Source: an uncultured Myxococcales bacterium
GTDB taxonomy: Bacteria > Myxococcota > UBA4151
Length of the DNA: 19,839 nt
Assembly: GCA_964013405.1 (NCBI GenBank)
Contig: CAXGWI010000058.1
Span: forward strand, 1-19,839
Reading direction: 5' to 3'
In this document: in pieces, positions 7,484-14,589 of the stretch
Layout of the letters: each line of letters begins with the position of its first letter
How positions within the stretch are numbered: position 1 is the first letter of the stretch
Program-made: the position numbers and the translations under genes
The notes under the pieces: model-generated
Databases searched by the model: none
What the model was told of the DNA's origin: nothing
The model's input: the letters and a program-made list of their open reading frames with translations, nothing else

Positions 7484-8392
7484 TCATGCCCGGGGGTGGG
7501 CATGGTCGTAGACTTGCTCCAAATGGGCGAGGCTTACGGCGGTGTATTTCTGGGTGGTGGACAAGCTGGCGTGCCCCAACAACTCTTGGATGGCCCGTAA
7601 GTCTGCCCCCCCTTCGAGCAGGTGGGTGGCAAAACTGTGCCGTAACCTGTGGGGGTGAACCCGACCGGCGAGCCCGGCTCGCTTGGCTAGCTGCTGCAGT
7701 CGGCGGCGAACGCCGTCGGGCCGAAGAGCCGTGCCGCGCCGACCGAGGAACAGGGGCTCCGACAAGCCCGGCTCCCCCTCAAAAAAATGCAAGCTCCGCA
7801 GGCCTAACCAAGCCAAGAGGGCCTCTTTGGTCGCCACGGGAAAAGGCACGATCCGTTCCTTGTTCCCCTTGCCCAGCACCCGGACCGTTCGCTGCCGCAA
7901 GTCGAGGTCGCCCGGGGCCAGGCCACAGAGCTCGCTGATGCGGAGGCCAGCGCCGTACAGCAACTCGACGATCGCCCGATCCCGACAATCCAGATCAAGG
8001 CCTGTCTCCAGATCCTCTCGACCTTCCAATGGTGTGTCGGCCAAGGACGACGCATCCTGAGGCCCTAGCGGTCTAGGAAGGCGTTTCGGCTGCTTCGGAT
8101 GCTTCAACCCCGCGCCCAGGTCATCCTCTGTCCAACCACGGCTAAAGAGAAAGCGCAGGAACTGTTTCAGGGCGCTGACCGATCGGGACAATGATGCAGC
8201 CTCGACCTCGCGGTGCCGCTGGGAGAGAAAACGTCGAATCCGACGGGGCCGCAGGGCGCTGGTGTCTGGATCGCCAAGCCCATCCACGAGGCGAGCGACC
8301 TCTGCGCAATAGGCCCGGCAGGTGTGCTCCGACAAAGCCCGCTCCGCAGCGAGGTGCTGGTTCCAGTCCACTAAGGCTTCGCTGAGCCGCAT
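7484..8392 (-). CDS. xerC: Tyrosine recombinase XerC
   Basis: N-terminal SAM-like domain (LSEHTCRAY). Catalytic residues intact: R (GLRISEL), K (GKGNKER), HxxR (HRLRHSFATHLL), H (LLGH), Y (TQKYT). XerC/D-type tail YDHAHPRA. Start at ATG 8392 after GGGGGAGG. XerC versus XerD judged by motif resemblance only. Confidence 0.85.
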   Translation of the reverse strand: MRLSEALVDWNQHLAAERALSEHTCRAYCAEVARLVDGLGDPDTSALRPRRIRRFLSQRHREVEAASLSRSVSALKQFLRFLFSRGWTEDDLGAGLKHPKQPKRLPRPLGPQDASSLADTPLEGREDLETGLDLDCRDRAIVELLYGAGLRISELCGLAPGDLDLRQRTVRVLGKGNKERIVPFPVATKEALLAWLGLRSLHFFEGEPGLSEPLFLGRRGTALRPDGVRRRLQQLAKRAGLAGRVHPHRLRHSFATHLLEGGADLRAIQELLGHASLSTTQKYTAVSLAHLEQVYDHAHPRA

Positions 8393-8520
8393 GCCTCCCC
8401 CCGGATGGTCAGACGGATCATGCCATGAAATCCCTGCCAGGCCTAGCTCGAAGGGGACGCAATCTGCGGTTTTTTTTGCGTACGCCTCGTGCGCGAGGTT
8501 CAACAGGCGAGGGGGATCTC

Positions 8521-10593
8521 GTGCTACTTGTGGCTCAAACCGGATTCGTCGCCGCCCTTTTGCTGGCGGTGATCGCGGTCAGCCACTCAGCCCGTGGGCA
8601 AGGCCGGCGCCAAGATGACCGCCTCGTGATCTTCGCCGCCAACCTCGGTTTCGTGCACCTATTTTCGGCCATGGCTGCCCTTTCGTCCTACGGCCTTTGG
8701 CCCCGTTTGATGTGGATCGCTGCCGGACTCACGCCGGTCACTGCCTCTGCCTTTCTCCGCTCCTTGGTCGGCAGCGCAGATCGTGGGGCAGTGCAAACAG
8801 GCCGGTTTCCCGCCGCTCTGTTTGCCTTGGTCACGGTCGTCCTCTCCCTGACCCCTTGGCTCGTGGAGGGGGGGCTCATCCCCACTTTGCTCGGCGGCCT
8901 TCTGCTCGGCCTCCACACCTATCTGATCGACATGATTCGGAAAGCCGCACAGGTGGCCGACTCGCCAATCAGCCAGGCCCGTCTCCGTCTCCTCTGGGCG
9001 GGGGCAGGCCTGTGCATGGGCTTGACCGCACTCGATCTAGCCACCGGTCGCCAGTTGATTGGTTTGGCGACGATTTCCCAAGTTCTCTACACCGGCCTAC
9101 TGTCCGCCAGTTTACTGCGGGAGCGGCTACTCGACCTCCAAGATCTCATCGCCCGCGGCCTAATCTTTGGTCTGCTGGTTCTCATCCTCACCGCCCTCTA
9201 TGGTGTGCTCGTCTTCCCCTTCTACCAAGAGGGCGAGACCTTTCTCTTCGCCACCCTCGTCTGCTCAGCGATCCTCCTGCTGCTGATCAACCCGATGACC
9301 CGCAGCATCGAAAACCTCATCATGCGCCTCATGCTCGCCGACACACAGGTGCTTACCGAGGCCTGTTATACGGCGAGAGACCGCATTCGCCGCAGCGTCC
9401 AAGCGCGGGAGATGATGGACTCGGTGGTGGTCGCGTTGATGGAAAACGGCACCGTCACCCGAGTCGCAATCTATCTCACAGGGCCCATGGGACTGTCCTT
9501 CAATCTTAAAGCGAGCGGCGGACCGAGCCCCCAGGCGACTCTGGAGGTGAGAGACTTTCCAGAATTCTACTCCCAACTGAGGGGTGATCAGGCTTCACTC
9601 TCCCGTTCAGGTATTCAACGCCAACTCAGCCGTCGGGCCGAATGGATCGGTCCGATCAACGCAGAGACCGACCCGGAGATCGCCCATTTGAAGGCCCTGG
9701 AGGAGGGGCTGACGAAGGCAGGAGCGGACCTCCTGCTCCCTGTGAGCAGTCAAGGCCAAGTCCTCGGGCTCCTCTCGGTGGGGGATGATCGGCGGCCTGA
9801 GGGATTCACCCGGACGGAGGCTGCCGCCCTTTCGGCCCTGGCAGGCCGCTTGGGTATCGGCATCTCCAACACCCAACATATGGAACAACTGCGCTTCCGA
9901 GACCGCCTGGCCGCACTGGGTGAAATGAGTGCAGGCCTAGCCCACGAGATTCGTAACCCCCTCGGCTCGATTCAAGGGGCTGTTCAGATGCTCGAGGATG
10001 AACTTCCCCTCGACGACGAGCAGCAAGAACTCTTCGAGATCATCACCAAAGAGATTCGCCACCTCAGTTCAGTGGTACAAGGCTTCTTGGACTACTCCCG
10101 CCCCCTAAAGGTCCAACCGGAACCCGTCCTTCCTGCCGAGTTTCTGGCGGCCTGCGCCCAAGTCCTGGCCGGGACCCCGGTGATCGAGGTGAGTCAGAGC
10201 GTCGAAACGGCCTGGATTGATCGAGACCGAATCCTCCAAGTGCTGCGAAACTTGGTCAACAATGCCCGCGAAGCCGATCCAGAAAGAGAGCCAACCATCA
10301 GTTGCCACGACAGCAGCCTCGGGACCGTCATCGAGGTGATCGACCAGGGGCCCGGGATCCCCGATGAGCAGCGGGCCAAACTCTTCACCCCCTTCTTTAC
10401 CACCAAGGACCGAGGCACAGGCTTGGGGCTTGCGATCTGCCAGCAGATCACCAAAGCTCACGGTGGCCGCTTGGATCTTTTGGCCAATCCTGGAGGTGGC
10501 ACCATCGCCCGAATCACTTTACCCAAACCCAGGGATGGTCAAGGGGCCGGTGCTTCTCTAGAGTCCCCCAGCAAGGAGAGCCCTTCCACGTGA
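8521..10593 (+). CDS. Membrane sensor histidine kinase (multi-TM, GAF, HisKA, HATPase)
   Basis: About 8-9 hydrophobic segments and a GAF-like region (LLLPVSSQGQVLGLLSVG). H-box AHEIRNPL, N-box NLVNNA, G1 DQGPGI, F-box FTPFFTTK, G2 GTGLGL. Start placed at GTG 8521 after GAGGGGG. Confidence 0.93.
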   Translation: MLLVAQTGFVAALLLAVIAVSHSARGQGRRQDDRLVIFAANLGFVHLFSAMAALSSYGLWPRLMWIAAGLTPVTASAFLRSLVGSADRGAVQTGRFPAALFALVTVVLSLTPWLVEGGLIPTLLGGLLLGLHTYLIDMIRKAAQVADSPISQARLRLLWAGAGLCMGLTALDLATGRQLIGLATISQVLYTGLLSASLLRERLLDLQDLIARGLIFGLLVLILTALYGVLVFPFYQEGETFLFATLVCSAILLLLINPMTRSIENLIMRLMLADTQVLTEACYTARDRIRRSVQAREMMDSVVVALMENGTVTRVAIYLTGPMGLSFNLKASGGPSPQATLEVRDFPEFYSQLRGDQASLSRSGIQRQLSRRAEWIGPINAETDPEIAHLKALEEGLTKAGADLLLPVSSQGQVLGLLSVGDDRRPEGFTRTEAAALSALAGRLGIGISNTQHMEQLRFRDRLAALGEMSAGLAHEIRNPLGSIQGAVQMLEDELPLDDEQQELFEIITKEIRHLSSVVQGFLDYSRPLKVQPEPVLPAEFLAACAQVLAGTPVIEVSQSVETAWIDRDRILQVLRNLVNNAREADPEREPTISCHDSSLGTVIEVIDQGPGIPDEQRAKLFTPFFTTKDRGTGLGLAICQQITKAHGGRLDLLANPGGGTIARITLPKPRDGQGAGASLESPSKESPST

Positions 10594-11960
10594 TGAGCGA
10601 GCGGATTCTGGTCGTCGACGACGAACCGAGTATGAGAAAGGTGTTGGGCCGACTCCTCGAGCGGGCCGGCTACAGTGTGGAGTTGGCGGAAAATGGCCAA
10701 GAGGCCCTTCGACGGCTTCAGGATGGCGGCATCGATCTCGTCATCACCGACATCCGCATGCCGGTGATGGATGGGATCGAGTTGCTCGCCGCCATGGCCC
10801 CCAACCTCCCCGATATTCCGGTCATCGTCATTACGGCCCATGGGACGGTCGACACCGCGGTGTCGGCCATGAAGATGGGTGCATTCGATTTCGTCTCGAA
10901 ACCTTTCGAGTCGGACCAGCTCCTACGGAACTGTCAGAAGGCCCTGGCTCAGAGTCGAGCAGAGCGCCGCAGTGTGCAGACGGGCCGGGAAGGGTCGGGC
11001 GTGCGCTTACTGGGCACCTCGACCGAATCCCAGGCCCTGCGGGACTGGATCGACAAGGTTGCGAACCTCCCCAGTGCAACCCTTCTGAACGGGGAACCAG
11101 GCACCGGCCACGGCCTGGTCGCCCGGGCGATTCACGAGGCGAGCCCCCGCAAAGAGGCGCCCTTCGTGAAGATTACCTGTGGCGCCATTCCCCGAGACTG
11201 GTTCGAAAGTGAACTCTTCGGTCATGAGGCTGGCGCCGTCCCCGGCAGTGCCTCTGAACGGCCTGGCCGTTTGGAATTAGCCGATGGGGGCACGCTGTTC
11301 CTCAACGAGATCGATGCCATGCCGATGGACGTTCAAGGCCAACTGCTGCGGGTCATTAAAGAGGGGAGGGTGGGCCGCCTCGGCGCTCTGAGCGATCGGG
11401 CCGTTGATGTGCGACTCATCGCGGGAACCCACGCAAATCTGGAGGAAGCCGTCAGCGAGGGGCGGTTCCGAGATGACCTCTTTTATGCCCTGAACGTGGC
11501 CCATTTCGAGTTGACCGCGCTCCGCAGTCGCCTGGAAGACCTTCCCGATCTGGCCGAGTACTTCGTTGCCAAGTTCAACACGCGCCTGGGCCGTCAAGTC
11601 ACGGGGATTTCGCCCCAAGCGATGAGTATGCTCCTTGCCCACCGTTGGCCTGGCAATGTCCGCGAGTTGGAGAACGTCATCGAGCGAGCGATGTTGTTTG
11701 CCGATGGCGAAGTCTTGGACGTGGGCCACCTGCCAGGTCAACTCCAAGGTGGCGGTGAGCCTGACCTGCCCATCACTGATTTCGATTCCAACATGAAGTC
11801 GATCGTGCGGCGGGCGACGGCGAATATCGAGCGCCAACTCATTCGGGGCGCCCTCGATGAGAGTCAAAATAACGTGACCCACGCGGCGAAGGCCCTTGGT
11901 ATCAGCCGCAAGAGCTTGCAGACGAAAATGAAGGAACTCGGGCTGAGAGAGGACGTCTAA
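10593..11960 (+). CDS. NtrC/AtoC-family response regulator (REC, AAA+, Fis HTH) with a degenerate AAA+ domain
   Basis: Receiver intact (VVDDE, ITDIRMP, TAHG, KPF). ESELFGHE and WPGNVRELEN present, with C-terminal HTH NVTHAAKALGISRKSL. Start overlaps the kinase stop (TGATG). Confidence 0.93.
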   Translation: MSERILVVDDEPSMRKVLGRLLERAGYSVELAENGQEALRRLQDGGIDLVITDIRMPVMDGIELLAAMAPNLPDIPVIVITAHGTVDTAVSAMKMGAFDFVSKPFESDQLLRNCQKALAQSRAERRSVQTGREGSGVRLLGTSTESQALRDWIDKVANLPSATLLNGEPGTGHGLVARAIHEASPRKEAPFVKITCGAIPRDWFESELFGHEAGAVPGSASERPGRLELADGGTLFLNEIDAMPMDVQGQLLRVIKEGRVGRLGALSDRAVDVRLIAGTHANLEEAVSEGRFRDDLFYALNVAHFELTALRSRLEDLPDLAEYFVAKFNTRLGRQVTGISPQAMSMLLAHRWPGNVRELENVIERAMLFADGEVLDVGHLPGQLQGGGEPDLPITDFDSNMKSIVRRATANIERQLIRGALDESQNNVTHAAKALGISRKSLQTKMKELGLREDV

Positions 11961-11963
11961 ACC

Positions 11964-12125
11964 ATGGGTTGCGCACGTGTCATACTGGCCATTATTTTCC
12001 CCCCCCTTGCGGTCCTCGACAAGGGCTGCGGCCCCATCATCATGGTCAGCTTTCTCACCTTGCTTGGCTACATTCCGGGCTTGATCGCTGCGATCATCAT
12101 GGGAAGCGCAAAAGACGAGGATTAG
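11964..12125 (+). CDS. yqaE: YqaE/Pmp3 (UPF0057) small membrane proteolipid
   Basis: Below the ORF-track cutoff. Manual translation MGCARVILAIIFPPLAVLDKGCGPIIMVSFLTLLGYIPGLIAAIIMGSAKDED (53 aa) carries the family signatures PPLAV and LTLLGYIPG. Confidence 0.88.
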   Translation: MGCARVILAIIFPPLAVLDKGCGPIIMVSFLTLLGYIPGLIAAIIMGSAKDED

Positions 12126-12196
12126 CTGACGGTCCCGTTCGGACTTGCGTCTCGGCTGCCCCATGATTCATATAGCGCAGCATGGAGGTTCGCCTG

Positions 12197-13705
12197 ATGC
12201 ACCGTTGCATATCGCTCAGCCTACTGGCGCTGTTGGCGTGGCCCGCTCAGGCGACCCCGCGGTTTGTGACGCCCGTTGAGCGTAGCAGTAACCTCGACCA
12301 GCGCGACGGAAACGACCCTTTCGATTCCCGCATCGAGTTCGGCTGGTACTCGCAGAGCGAGGAGTCGGTCATCGGTCAGGAAACCATCGTCGATGGGATC
12401 CGTACCACGAAAGAGGTTGCAACCTATCGCATGAACCGACGGGTGATCGAGCCGAAGCTCCGCATCGGACTGTTCAGTCGCCTCGCCCTCTTCGTCGAGT
12501 TTCCGATGGTGGTCGGCTGGAATCAAACCTGGGAAGCGACCGATAACTTGCACAACGAGGACATGGTCTACCAGGGAGTCGAGCCAGATCCGGACAGCCG
12601 CTATACCTTTGGCGTCCCGGCCTTGCAGCGAACGCCGTCAGCGACCCTGCGCGAGGGCTACGACGCCCCCATCCATGAAACCTTTCGGCGCTCCTATGTC
12701 GGTGACCTACGAGCCGGTTTGACCTTCGACCTGCTGAGCGAGATCGCAGATCCGAGTAAACCCACCTGGCTGTGGGAACTCTGGAGCCGATTCCCCAGTG
12801 GCATGCCGATGGAGCCGACCTATCGGGGCGAAGATACAGACCTCGATGGCCGGAACCCCCGGGCCGGTAACACCACGAACACGGCCACCGAGAGCAACCC
12901 GGGCGGCGTCAGTCAGGGCTACTACCGCTTCGGCGTCCGAACGACCCTCGGGCGCTGGGTCGGCAAGGCCAGACCTTATTTCTCCGTGGGCTACAGTTTC
13001 GGCAACGCCATGCAGAACGATCGCTACGACGCCCAGAACATGTACGACCACGCGAGCTTTCTAGATCCCAGCCCAGGGGACGACGACAACCCATTTGACC
13101 TGCCCAGTGACCACCTTGCGGACAGTTGCCCAGTGACCACGGGCCAAGTCCACGCCCGCTGTCGACGCAAGTCCATGTCGCTCCAAGGCCAGACGCTCAC
13201 GATCGATCATGGAGCCGGACTGCGACCTTCCCATATCGGTGAGACGGAGTTCGGTGTCTCCACCAACCTGTGGAAATCCGGGGGCTACCAGGGCTCTTAC
13301 GTAAAGCTCGACCTGATGGTTCGCGGCGAATACCACAGTGAAGGGCGAGAGCTAAACCGCATGGCCGATCTCCTGGGGCGGCCCACCTTCCAAGAACAGT
13401 TCGCTCGTACAGGTTTCGGCGCAGGCCTGCGCTTCGCCCATGCGGGGATCATCGAGGCTCGACTCCTCGGCAGCATGGGGACAGAGACCAGCCACTTTGT
13501 CACCTTCGAAGACTACGGCGAAGCGGACACCCTCGATCCAGGGGATGTCGGTAAGTCCGAAGCAGATGACACTTATCGCTCCATCAACGAGGCCTACGAA
13601 TACAGCCCGTATCACCGGAGCGCTTTCGACGGCGTGGGCAATCGACTGCGACTGATCAGTAACAGCTTCGCCAGCGTCAACGTGGATCTCCGGATCCGCT
13701 TCTAG
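12197..13705 (+). CDS. Predicted outer-membrane beta-barrel protein of unknown family
   Basis: GGAGG lies 8 nt before ATG 12197. Sec signal ends AQA. Alternating beta-strands (PKLRIGLF, YFSVGYSF, FGAGLRFA) and a BAM-type C-terminus VNVDLRIRF. Confidence 0.75.
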   Translation: MHRCISLSLLALLAWPAQATPRFVTPVERSSNLDQRDGNDPFDSRIEFGWYSQSEESVIGQETIVDGIRTTKEVATYRMNRRVIEPKLRIGLFSRLALFVEFPMVVGWNQTWEATDNLHNEDMVYQGVEPDPDSRYTFGVPALQRTPSATLREGYDAPIHETFRRSYVGDLRAGLTFDLLSEIADPSKPTWLWELWSRFPSGMPMEPTYRGEDTDLDGRNPRAGNTTNTATESNPGGVSQGYYRFGVRTTLGRWVGKARPYFSVGYSFGNAMQNDRYDAQNMYDHASFLDPSPGDDDNPFDLPSDHLADSCPVTTGQVHARCRRKSMSLQGQTLTIDHGAGLRPSHIGETEFGVSTNLWKSGGYQGSYVKLDLMVRGEYHSEGRELNRMADLLGRPTFQEQFARTGFGAGLRFAHAGIIEARLLGSMGTETSHFVTFEDYGEADTLDPGDVGKSEADDTYRSINEAYEYSPYHRSAFDGVGNRLRLISNSFASVNVDLRIRF

Positions 13706-13724
13706 AAGCCGGCTTGGCTTCCAG

Positions 13725-14522
13725 ATGATCAGAATCGCCCACCTTTCCGATCTGCATATCTCGAAACAGCCCCCTCACTGGACTGCGTTTGCAGACCGGC
13801 GTCTCAGCGGGGCCCTCAACCTCACCGTGGGGAAGCGGCGTCATGGCTACCGCATGTCGGCGATCCGCGGCGAAGCCGCCGTTCGCCAGATCATCGCCCA
13901 GGCCCCAGACGCCATCGTCTTCGGGGGTGACGCGAGCTCGCTGGCTGAGCGGGAGGAACTGGCCGGTGCCGCCGATGTCCTCGCGCCCCTCTTGGATTTG
14001 GGCGTTCCCTGCTTTGCCCTGGCCGGCAACCATGATCGCTACACCCACCGGGCCCAGGCCCAGCGTCGCTTCGAAGCGGCTTTTTGCGATTGGCAGCAAG
14101 TCGAGGATGGTTTTCGCCGAGTTCAGTTAGGCCCGGTGGCCATAGGCCTCGTGGATACGGCCCGGGCCAATCGGTGGCTCTGGGACAGTCGTGGACGGGT
14201 GATCCGTCTGCCCGAGAACCTGCCTCCGCTCCTCTTTAGTCACTACGCGTTGGTGCTGCCAAATGGCCAGCCGGACCGATACTGGCATGGCCTACGAAAC
14301 GGCCCCGAAGTCCTCGAGCGTCTTCGCGAAGGCGATCCCGTGACGTGGTGTAGCGGCCATATCCATCACGCCTTCGAAGTCCAATGTGGTCAGGTCCGCC
14401 AGTTCAGCGCTGGCAGCGTCGGCAGCCCAGCGGCCACCTGGCAGTTGGTCGAAGTGGATGGGCCAACGATCCGCAGGCAGGTTTTCTCGGCCGGCGAATC
14501 CGCGGCGAATCCTAACCGATAA
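13725..14522 (+). CDS. Calcineurin-like metallophosphoesterase (CpdA/Icc-like)
   Basis: All five motifs present: SDLH, GGD, GNHD, SHY, GHIH. No signal peptide. Confidence 0.9.
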   Translation: MIRIAHLSDLHISKQPPHWTAFADRRLSGALNLTVGKRRHGYRMSAIRGEAAVRQIIAQAPDAIVFGGDASSLAEREELAGAADVLAPLLDLGVPCFALAGNHDRYTHRAQAQRRFEAAFCDWQQVEDGFRRVQLGPVAIGLVDTARANRWLWDSRGRVIRLPENLPPLLFSHYALVLPNGQPDRYWHGLRNGPEVLERLREGDPVTWCSGHIHHAFEVQCGQVRQFSAGSVGSPAATWQLVEVDGPTIRRQVFSAGESAANPNR

Positions 14523-14589
14523 CAGCTACGAGGGCCGACCGATGGTGAAGGCGGCGGCGCTGAAGGCACAATCCCCCCCTGGAGGCAGG

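Noticed and set aside
8421..8440. Sigma54 promoter upstream of xerC (two TGGCA on the minus strand)
   Set aside because: Neither TGGCA has the required GC at the -12 position (GG-N10-GC fails).
11277..12164. 295-aa minus-strand ORF (and similar 5030..6004 +, 9xx-bp-scale alternates such as 8697..9509 + and 7216..7938 +)
   Set aside because: These overlap well-supported genes in other frames or strands and lack recognisable motifs.
11969..12166. 65-aa ORF from the track
   Set aside because: Wrong frame. The overlapping 11964..12125 frame gives a recognisable YqaE/Pmp3 protein.
13698..13721. Palindrome GCTTCTAGAAGC and small hairpin at the beta-barrel stop
   Set aside because: Short, with no U-tract. 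It could arise by chance and there is no support for a terminator.
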